Positions 10,901 to 17,572 of a DNA stretch of 64,000 nt are shown one piece after another. A program made the position numbers and the translations under genes. Under the pieces are notes generated by a model. That model searched no databases. It was not told the DNA's origin and saw only the letters and a program-made list of their open reading frames with translations. The stretch is from Trueperaceae bacterium. GTDB lineage: Bacteria; Deinococcota; Deinococci; Deinococcales; Trueperaceae. The stretch lies in the NCBI GenBank assembly GCA_965215565.1, contig CBDCDZ010000004.1, positions 960,001-1,024,000 on the forward strand, read 5' to 3'. The first letter of the stretch is position 1. Each line of letters starts with the position of its first letter.

Positions 10901-11105
10901 CATCCAGACCTTTTCATTGGATAGCAGCGGCAGCGTCACGAAGCGCGTTACGGGTACAGACTCCAACATCGACGGCTTCAGCGGCTTCAACGGTCCCTTG
11001 GACATCGTCGAAGACCTGAATAACGGCAACCTCTACGTCGCCGACTTCGGTCCGCAGTCGCTGGACGTCGCGGGTAGAATCGTCCTGCTCACGCCAAGAA
11101 AGTAA
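7977..11105 (+). CDS. Large surface lipoprotein: shared N-terminal domain, malectin/CBM-like domain, Big_5 domain, glucose/sorbosone-dehydrogenase-like beta-propeller
   Basis: AAGGAG before ATG 7977; lipobox LAAC; IAFGPDGALYVSQG and YASGIRNAYDLVW propeller motifs. Confidence 0.75.
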   Translation: MNHTQRTKLILFTALLFTLAACNLSGTQPPQPSVTLLNENISILFEIGENNTIETSAIPNGLTSQALDFSLVGTSKGLTDKGGMRYLYGTFEVTNTSNETFDNLSFYALTTGRALGGTALGSLKNARNEAITDATFARTILPTHRMESNSGRLEVKADEADFQGLSDAQVSAAQRQLSAGSTVLGYGFTARNAGGGRAIAPGQTGFVTFAVKFPFDPNSSAEYPFAFTLSFAAVDDSVRQVTRSAEESANSARDVCARGDAINAERVVVISQHPNSAPCNLTLLTNVKTAIATNGEETVYLLPDAPTTSDIDVKINFQLDSAPVPNGFVKDSGQAYGAQANGTYGWLKLKDDQPVDASGAARDRNRAGVAQERDTVIHLQRGDCCDSGFTDEVYWEYALPNGTYQVTVSAGDEPAKEVRAGFPNAYDSKHTLNVESVPALSKFQADSDNEFEQSTVIVQVEDGKLTIDAVGGINTKINYVFITSTDASAAQHPFVTSIDPANGATDLSPNTATITAGLSLPNGGVALSTLDGNVTLTNLDSGANVSGTPDTSGGADTISFKISEPLEENTSYRFEVSSGAEDESGASFLPFASTFTTGTLNTNAGPVAFTKTVVDEGQKFTSVTIGPDSKLYASTAFGSIYRYQIERDGNLTEERVIDTVKKANGGAPRTIIGLTFDPIATADNLILWVSDNVTYMGSPDVPDWTGKIAKLTGSNLQNYEAVIEGLPRSVRDHETNSIAFGPDGALYVSQGSNNAMGAPDSAWGNREERLLSAAVLRLDLDKLPSSLPLNVKTNEGGSYNPFAKDAPLTVYASGIRNAYDLVWHSNGRLYVPTNGSAPGGNAPATPSTLPASCNNRIDADRFGAYTRTNVPRIDNNSQRELDYLFRVSEGRYYGHPNPARCEWVLNAGNVKSSNDPFEANDYPLGTQPDRNYDADGVFNAGLSASANGVIEYMSGTFGGALKGQLLNVRYSKERDIQTFSLDSSGSVTKRVTGTDSNIDGFSGFNGPLDIVEDLNNGNLYVADFGPQSLDVAGRIVLLTPRK

Positions 11106-11175
11106 GGCTAAAGGGACGCCCAAGTCTTCTTGAGCGTCCTCTCACCTTCTCATCTGTAATTTTCCTTACAATTGG

Positions 11176-11697
11176 ATGCAAAGGAGCAACGCAATGATTC
11201 AAACCCTCTTCATCGCAGCTTTAACCATGCTTCCTGCGTTCGGGTATATAGGCAGTACAAACGCTAGCACCCTGAACGACAACCCGAGCACCGAGATGGT
11301 CCTCACCCTCGCCGAGATGCTGAGCGGGCGAGAGGTCGACGGCGGCGCAGACACTCAGGCGGACAACGCGAGAATCTTCTTGTGGGAGATGCAGCGCCCC
11401 GGCGTCCTGTCAAGCTGCGTCTTCCTCCGCATGGACGACGCGGTTGAGAATGCGACGTTGGACCGCGAAACCGCCGTTCTCTTCCTAGCCGACCTCGTAG
11501 ATGGCACCGACAGCCTCACCTCTTGCGGCGCGGCTGAAGTGGCGACGGCTGAAGCGCACTTAGAAGCGTTGGGGCTCGAGCTACCCGCCGCCGACGCCCT
11601 CACTACCCAAGGCACCTTTGACGTAGACAGCCTTCTTGGTGAAGCCAAAGACCAGCGCGGCAGCTTAAAGAACGCCTTCGAGCGCAATAACCGCTAG
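11176..11697 (+). CDS. Hypothetical exported protein
   Basis: 173-aa ORF with an N-terminal hydrophobic segment; the true start may be ATG 11194 after AAGGAG. Confidence 0.6.
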   Translation: MQRSNAMIQTLFIAALTMLPAFGYIGSTNASTLNDNPSTEMVLTLAEMLSGREVDGGADTQADNARIFLWEMQRPGVLSSCVFLRMDDAVENATLDRETAVLFLADLVDGTDSLTSCGAAEVATAEAHLEALGLELPAADALTTQGTFDVDSLLGEAKDQRGSLKNAFERNNR

Positions 11698-11700
11698 CTT

Positions 11701-11728
11701 GTAGGGGCGATTCATGAATCGCCCCTAC
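11701..11728. repeat. GTAG-type REP palindrome
   Basis: Perfect palindrome GTAGGGGCGATTCATGAATCGCCCCTAC. Confidence 0.8.
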
Positions 11729-11775
11729 GCAACTCCAATCTCTCTACTCTTGAAACTTGCAAGGAGACCATCATC

Positions 11776-11874
11776 ATGAAAAAGTCCAAAAAACTCCTCG
11801 CCTTTTTGTTTTTCACCGCCGCGCTATTAACCGTCTGTGCGCAGCTTAGTATGGCGAACGCAGGAATCTTCTAA
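11776..11874 (+). CDS. 32-aa signal-peptide-like small protein MKKSKKLLAFLFFTAALLTVCAQLSMANAGIF
   Basis: AAGGAG RBS, basic N-region, hydrophobic core, and a hairpin plus T run at about 11896-11922. Confidence 0.65.
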   Translation: MKKSKKLLAFLFFTAALLTVCAQLSMANAGIF

Positions 11875-11964
11875 AAACGTTCACCAAATTTGCTCCCCCT
11901 ACCTTAGCGTAGGGGACTTTTTGGCTCGAGCCCCTTTCCTCCATAACTTGTTAGACTACCCTTC

Positions 11965-12513
11965 ATGAGTATCAAACCCGACTGGTGGATTCGCGAAAAA
12001 GCTTTAGAGGGCATGATTGAGCCCTTCGAAGACCGCCTTGTGCGCGAAGGCGTCATCTCGTACGGACTCTCTTCCTTCGGCTACGACTTACGCGCCGCCC
12101 CCGAATGGCGCATTTTCGTGAACGCCTTCAACACGCTCGTTGACCCCAAAACCTTCGATGTGAAGAGCCTAGTCGAAACTGAAGAGGACTTTTGTATCAT
12201 CCCGCCTAACTCCTTCGTGCTGACACGCTCGGTGGAGTATTTGCGCATCCCTACCGACGTGATGGTGGTGGCGCTCGGTAAGTCGAGCTACGCGCGGTGC
12301 GGCATCGTCGCGAACGTAACGCCTTTGGAGCCGGGCTGGGAAGGGCACGTGACACTGGAATTGTCCAATACGACGCCCCTGCCCGCCAAGGTCTATGCAA
12401 ACGAGGGCATCGTGCAGCTTCTATTCTTTCAGGGGGAGCAACCCGAGGTGACGTACGCCGATAGGAAAGGGAAGTATCAGGGGCAGCGGGGGGTGACGCT
12501 GCCTAAGCTGTAG
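11965..12513 (+). CDS. dcd: dCTP deaminase
   Basis: [29 protein letters not shown] and GKYQGQ motifs. Confidence 0.95.
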   Translation: MSIKPDWWIREKALEGMIEPFEDRLVREGVISYGLSSFGYDLRAAPEWRIFVNAFNTLVDPKTFDVKSLVETEEDFCIIPPNSFVLTRSVEYLRIPTDVMVVALGKSSYARCGIVANVTPLEPGWEGHVTLELSNTTPLPAKVYANEGIVQLLFFQGEQPEVTYADRKGKYQGQRGVTLPKL

Positions 12514-12601
12514 CGCCTAAACTGTAGCGTTTGAGTTGCGGATTGGGATTCGAGTCCTAGCTCCTCTCGATAAAGTTCTAATGATGAGCGCTGCTTACGC
12601 T

Positions 12602-13180
12602 CTAGGACGCGCCGTAGCGCTGCAACCGAACCCGCCTCAATCTATAGATAAGCGCGACAAGCACCAGCAAAGCGAACGGCAAGCCGAAATTGATCACGCT
12701 AAACACCCTGCTCGTCTCGGGTTTAGGCGGATAGATGTAGAAGCCCGTACCCCCTTGCCCTTCGCCTGCGGGTCCGTCAATCAAGAGGTCAAGCTCGAGC
12801 CAGCCGCCACTCTCCCACCCCCAGGTCTCTGCGCCAGGCAGCTCGAGCGGGTCAATCACAAAAAGCCCGTCTCGCGCTTCGGGCGTGTAGCGCGTTCTAT
12901 GCACTTCGCCCTGATATTGGAGCGTCGCATCAACTTGCACATCGCTACTCGGCGGGATGCGCTCGCCCTCAGAGCGGATGTCGAGCTTGAGGTACGGGTT
13001 GCCGATGAGGCGCTGCCCGTCGCCGCTAACGAGGTAAGGTCCGACCTCTTCGCGGTGGATGAGGTGCTCCTCGGTGTTGACGATGCGCCCTAACCAGTCC
13101 GTAGGGAGCCAGCTTGTAAGGGGAGCGGAAGACGCATAAGCGCAGCTAATCGCGAGGGCTAAGCTGAGAAGGTATTTCAC
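12602..13180 (-). CDS. Exported beta-rich protein with C-terminal TM anchor; paralog of its upstream neighbour
   Basis: GTG start after AAGGAG; signal peptide MKYLLSLALAISCAYA; C-terminal hydrophobic helix plus basic tail. Confidence 0.7.
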   Translation of the reverse strand: MKYLLSLALAISCAYASSAPLTSWLPTDWLGRIVNTEEHLIHREEVGPYLVSGDGQRLIGNPYLKLDIRSEGERIPPSSDVQVDATLQYQGEVHRTRYTPEARDGLFVIDPLELPGAETWGWESGGWLELDLLIDGPAGEGQGGTGFYIYPPKPETSRVFSVINFGLPFALLVLVALIYRLRRVRLQRYGAS

Positions 13181-13730
13181 GGGACTCCTTTCGGGCGTCC
13201 TCATTCTGGCGTTTGAGCGGGACGAAGAGGAGCGCGGTGCCGCCCAAGACGATAGCGAGGATGAGCACGCTGGGGAGAACCTCGAGCACCGAAGGTCCGC
13301 CCTGCTGCGTGTGAACGGCGTAGGTTCGGCGCACCGTGCCGAGCGGACCTGAGAGGGTCAGCTCGAGCCCGTACGCTCCCTCTTGGCGTAGGGGAATATC
13401 CAAGAGGTAGCCCGCATAAGAGGTCTCGCCGTCCGCGCTGCTCTCCGAGAGGTAGGGCACGGCTCCTTCATATAAGGTGTCACCCTCGTACCGAATCACC
13501 GCGTCCACCTGGGTTGAGGCTGGCGCGGCCTCTCCCCCGTTCGAAAGTTGGACGAAGAGTTGCACCTTACCCTGACCTGTACCCGCCACGTGAAAGTCTT
13601 CTAAAACGCTCACGGTATATGCGTCCCAAGCCTCACGCCACGCGAGCGTATTGAAGCCGCTATGAGCGTAGACGGCGTAGCCGCAGAGAATGAAGAGGAG
13701 CGTGGTAGCGAGAGGGCGCAGTACGTTCAT
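13146..13730 (-). CDS. Exported YtkA/FixH-like protein with predicted N-terminal His and C-terminal TM anchor
   Basis: ATG 2 nt after the upstream stop; signal peptide ending AVYA then HSG; GxYxLxLTLSGPLG; C-terminal TM. Confidence 0.7.
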   Translation of the reverse strand: MNVLRPLATTLLFILCGYAVYAHSGFNTLAWREAWDAYTVSVLEDFHVAGTGQGKVQLFVQLSNGGEAAPASTQVDAVIRYEGDTLYEGAVPYLSESSADGETSYAGYLLDIPLRQEGAYGLELTLSGPLGTVRRTYAVHTQQGGPSVLEVLPSVLILAIVLGGTALLFVPLKRQNEDARKESREIPSQLSPRD

Positions 13731-13732
13731 GC

Positions 13733-14851
13733 TCAACCTTGAGTGGACGCGCCCTGAGTCTCGCAAGGCGCAGAAGTGGACAAGAGCGAGACGAGCAGCG
13801 CGACCGCCAGAGCTTGCGCGACGCTACCCGTCCAGATATAGGGCGTGTACCAGACGCCGCCGCCATAGTCCGTGAGAAGGACGAACACATAGAACGTCGT
13901 CCACAAACTGAGCGCGACGAGCACGTTGAAGAGGTGAAACCTAATACGCCTACGTGCGTTCGGCTTCAGAAGCGCGTAGAGCGCGTCGCAGAGAGTGCCG
14001 ACGACGAAGAATACAGGAACGAGCGAGACGTCTAGCTCCAAAACCGAGCCGTAGAGCCCGTAGAGCGAGAAGAAAAGGGTGAACGCGCCCGCTGGCAATC
14101 TGAAGCGCAGCGTCAACCAGGCGAGCACACCTACCGTCGTCGCGGTCTGGATGATGATGCCTGAAATGCCTAGCGTCTCCCCTAGGTAGTCGCTACGCGC
14201 GCGGTTCTCGCTCAGCATAAAGCCCGCGCTCGTGCCGAAGAGGTCCATCGCGACAAACGCCAAGATGTTAAAAAAACTCGCCCAGGCGACCAGCGCGGGC
14301 AAGAGGTTGAGGAACGAGGTCCACCATGAGGTCTCCTGTAATGTCCCCTGCTCGAGCCCAGTCACCTCTCGCCTTCTGTACGCAGCTTTGGCAGGTCCCA
14401 CGCTGAGGAGCGCCCAGCCGAGGAAGAGCCCCAGATGCGTCGGGCTGTAGAGCGCCTCGTTATCGACCTCGAAGCCGAAGAGCGCGTGCCCGCCGAGGTC
14501 AAACACGCCCGTTACGCCAAAGATAAAGAGCCCCAGCGCCGAGAGCTTGTAGCCCGCCGGTAGCGCGTTCAGCCCATCAAACCCCGCGCGCCGGTTGCCA
14601 AACGCCGTGCCGAACAGCCATAGCCCTAACGCCATAAGGCTCGCGTAGAAGAGCAGGTGGTACTCGCTCAGCACCGACTGGTCCGGTCCGAACGAGGCGT
14701 GCGACCAGCCGTCCATATAGACGCCTATTGTGACTAAAAACACGAAGAGCGTGTAGACCCAGTCGAACGCGAGCGTGCTGAGCGGGGTCAGGTGAGCGGC
14801 TTGGGTTGCGGCGCTGCGCCGGTTTACATCTGCTTTTGTACGAGCGATCAT
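13733..14851 (-). CDS. Polytopic membrane protein with two DxxxH...H putative metal sites
   Basis: About 9 hydrophobic segments; DGWSH-x13-H and DLGGH-x16-H; GGAGGAGG RBS. Confidence 0.75.
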   Translation of the reverse strand: MIARTKADVNRRSAATQAAHLTPLSTLAFDWVYTLFVFLVTIGVYMDGWSHASFGPDQSVLSEYHLLFYASLMALGLWLFGTAFGNRRAGFDGLNALPAGYKLSALGLFIFGVTGVFDLGGHALFGFEVDNEALYSPTHLGLFLGWALLSVGPAKAAYRRREVTGLEQGTLQETSWWTSFLNLLPALVAWASFFNILAFVAMDLFGTSAGFMLSENRARSDYLGETLGISGIIIQTATTVGVLAWLTLRFRLPAGAFTLFFSLYGLYGSVLELDVSLVPVFFVVGTLCDALYALLKPNARRRIRFHLFNVLVALSLWTTFYVFVLLTDYGGGVWYTPYIWTGSVAQALAVALLVSLLSTSAPCETQGASTQG

Positions 14852-14987
14852 AGGACCTCCTCCGAACTTCCGCGTAATGAATCTCAGCGTGTCACCTTAG
14901 CGTGTCGTAAGTCGATGTTTGGAGATAGCTCGAGAACACTGCAGGAACAAACGCGCGGTTTCGCTCCGTCAGCAGTGACACAACAAT

Positions 14988-15181
14988 CAGCAGTTACATA
15001 GTAGTGACGAAGTGCCGCTTACGAAGTTTTGCCTTTTGCATCCGCAAAGATTTCATAACCGGTAAGGGCATCATCACCAGATGTGCGTGTTTGTCGGTGC
15101 TCTCTGAAGTGAGAGCGTTGCTTCGCCCAGCGGGAGCACGGCGACTTTACTTCGTGCACCGTGACCCGATGATACCTGCTA
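14988..15181 (-). repeat. Degenerate TAGCA-family repeat
   Basis: Ends in GATGATACCTGCTA; internal ATGTGCGTG and GTGAGAGCG blocks; left end uncertain. Confidence 0.5.
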
Positions 15182-15194
15182 AGTCAAAAGTATG

Positions 15195-15303
15195 ACACGA
15201 ATTCCGGTTGGTTCTTTATCCATCTGAGCAAAGATATGGACAGAATGTATGGACTATCGCTGAGGCTTTCTCCCGGTGATAGGGAATTGAACGGAATCCG
15301 TAT
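15195..15303 (-). repeat. Deinococcus SRE-like small repeat
   Basis: Terminal inverted repeats ACACGAATTCCG / CGGAATCCGTAT; related to 58698-58833. Confidence 0.7.
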
Positions 15304-15351
15304 GAGCCACGTTTGGCACTCCGCTGATGGGAAGCAAAGTCCCTCCCCTAT

Positions 15352-17109
15352 TCAAGCGCGAGGTTCCAGCCCTACCTTGTCCATCTCCTCTTTAAGCGCC
15401 CGCAGCCGCTTGTGACGCTCGCGCAGCTCCCACACGTACGCCTCCCAGTCATCCACCTGACCGAGCATGTCGCAGAGGTCTTGCACGCGCAAGAGGTGTT
15501 GCGCGGCTTCGGCGTAGTTGGCGCGCCCTCTCACCTCAATGAGCCTGTCAATTTCAGCGCGGAGGAGACGAATCGCCTCTGCGGGTCTCGAGCGTTCAGC
15601 AGCCCGCGCTACTGCCAAACTGAGCCGATTGGACGAGCGCCCGGTGCGCTCAAGGAGCCCCAAACTTCCGAGCGCCGCGTCCACCGCGCCGTGCAAGAGG
15701 TAGATTTCGGTGAGGAGCGCGTAGTGTTCTCGCTGGTTGAGCTTCGTTAGAACGGTTTCGCGCCGAGCTTGCCACCCGGACGTCCGCTCACCGAGCCGCC
15801 GCATCTCCTTGTAAGATTCGGTATACGGGCGCTGCCAGAAGAGGGTCACGCTGTACTCGAACGCCTCCCCAAATTCGCCGCGCCGCTCGTGCCAGTCTTT
15901 GAGCCACGCCAAAACGCTACTGCTGTCACCCTTGCGGCTACGCTCCAAAACGAGTCGGTAAGCCTCTTTGGTATGTCCCGCCTCGGCGAAGAGGTTCACG
16001 AGGTTGAGAAACCTATAGTCCTCGGCGGTTTTAACCTCTTGGGTGGCGTCGCCTAAACGGTTTAGCTCCAACAACCTCTTCACCAAATCCTCTAGACGCC
16101 CCGTCTCGCGGCTGACACGCAAAAAGGTCTCGTCGTCTAACGTGTCGGCTTGGAGTTGGAGCAGAAACTGTCCTAAATGTTCACGCTGAAACCGCTTGCT
16201 CCAGCCGTCGTCTTTGGGGATGACCCCTTCCACCCACCGCGTCACCTCTCGCCGCTCCTCCTGCGTGGTGTGCTCGACAATTGCCTCAGGTATGCCGTCG
16301 CCGATGCCGTAACCACCCAAACCCAAGTCTTCGCGGTAGATTTCAAATAGAGAGGTGAGGATGACTTCACGCAGGCTCACCTCTTCTTCGTCAGCCTGCG
16401 TCAAACACGCTATTAACCCTTCAGCGCAGTTTTGCGCCACGCTCGCCAAGCTGCCCTCTTCATCCTCGAAGTCAAAGTAGTTGCGCAAAACCTCATCGGC
16501 GATGGTTTGATACGCGGTGGCGGCGCTGCCCAGTTGTCCGCTCTCCAAGTAGCGGTCTGCGATGTGGGTAAGGTCATCTAGCTCGCCCTGAGTGTGGTAG
16601 CCGCCGTAACCGTCCCAGCCGTAGTCGCGCTCGTAGTTCCCAAGGACGCCGCGCACCTGCGCCTGAATTGCCTCGGCGCTCACAGGTTGCTCGGTAAAGT
16701 TGGGGGCAGAAGTTTCGACGAGCGTTTCCAAGTCGGGATAGCGCTCGACCATCTTGCTCACCAAAGCGACGAGGTCATCTTTGCTGCACGCCTCTAAGCT
16801 CGCCGCGAGCACTTCGACTTCGGTGAAAAGCTCGGGAGAGTCTATCCACGTAAGGAGCAGCGCGGCGACGTGCTTGCAGCGTCCGCCGTCTCCGACGGGG
16901 CAGGAGCAGTGGGCGCGTTGAATGGTGCCGTTTTTGAGCGTCACTTCGGCGCGGTAAGGGCGGGGGCTACTGCCCAAACAGTCCCCCTTGACGACGCCAC
17001 CTTGCACCTGCAGCCGCAAGAGCGCACCGCGTTGCGCGTACGGACGCCCCTTGTCGATCTCCTTTTGCCCGAGCCAGGCACGCACGTCGTCTTTGCTGAG
17101 GGAGGTCAT
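15352..17109 (-). CDS. SWIM zinc-finger protein with helical C-terminal region
   Basis: CSCP...CKHVAALL SWIM motif. Confidence 0.85.
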   Translation of the reverse strand: MTSLSKDDVRAWLGQKEIDKGRPYAQRGALLRLQVQGGVVKGDCLGSSPRPYRAEVTLKNGTIQRAHCSCPVGDGGRCKHVAALLLTWIDSPELFTEVEVLAASLEACSKDDLVALVSKMVERYPDLETLVETSAPNFTEQPVSAEAIQAQVRGVLGNYERDYGWDGYGGYHTQGELDDLTHIADRYLESGQLGSAATAYQTIADEVLRNYFDFEDEEGSLASVAQNCAEGLIACLTQADEEEVSLREVILTSLFEIYREDLGLGGYGIGDGIPEAIVEHTTQEERREVTRWVEGVIPKDDGWSKRFQREHLGQFLLQLQADTLDDETFLRVSRETGRLEDLVKRLLELNRLGDATQEVKTAEDYRFLNLVNLFAEAGHTKEAYRLVLERSRKGDSSSVLAWLKDWHERRGEFGEAFEYSVTLFWQRPYTESYKEMRRLGERTSGWQARRETVLTKLNQREHYALLTEIYLLHGAVDAALGSLGLLERTGRSSNRLSLAVARAAERSRPAEAIRLLRAEIDRLIEVRGRANYAEAAQHLLRVQDLCDMLGQVDDWEAYVWELRERHKRLRALKEEMDKVGLEPRA

Positions 17110-17241
17110 GACTTTAACTATAGAGCAAAAGTTTTGATGAGGAGATGAGCAGGAAAAGCGCTGCGACCTCTTCTCATCTCGTGGTAGGGATTCTAAAACA
17201 GATACTGCCGCGCGCTCCTTCTGCCGTCTTCACGCAATGAA

Positions 17242-17261
17242 CAAGGGGTTGAAACCCCTTG
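17242..17261. repeat. REP-like palindrome
   Basis: CAAGGGGTTGAAACCCCTTG followed by partial half-repeats. Confidence 0.75.
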
Positions 17262-17309
17262 CTTTGACACCTCTTGATACCCCTTGTTTTGACACCCCTG
17301 TCATTCCAG

Positions 17310-17517
17310 TAGCACTTCCAAAATACGCTGAGACAGATGAACGCCGATCTCAGTTCGAAGAACTAGCGGGATTTCATCTCATAACGTGCGTGCTACGTTT
17401 CTGAAAGCTGCTCCGCGGAGGCGAGCAGTCTGAAAGCCCGTAGGGACGCAAGTTTACTGCCTAGCAACACCACTTATTACAGTAAGAGTATTTCAGACCA
17501 GATGAAAGTGCCCTGCT
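17310..17517 (-). repeat. Degenerate, expanded TAGCA-family repeat
   Basis: TAGCACTTCCAAAATACGCTGAGAC...TCAGACCAGATGA...CCTGCT. Confidence 0.65.
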
Positions 17518-17572
17518 TTAGCGGGTATACCTGCTACAGATAGAGCCACTACCCATCTCGCTATCTTCCAAA

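Noticed and set aside
12602..14851. True pmoCAB/amoCAB operon
   Set aside because: Only motif-level similarity; no PmoA- or PmoB-like sequence
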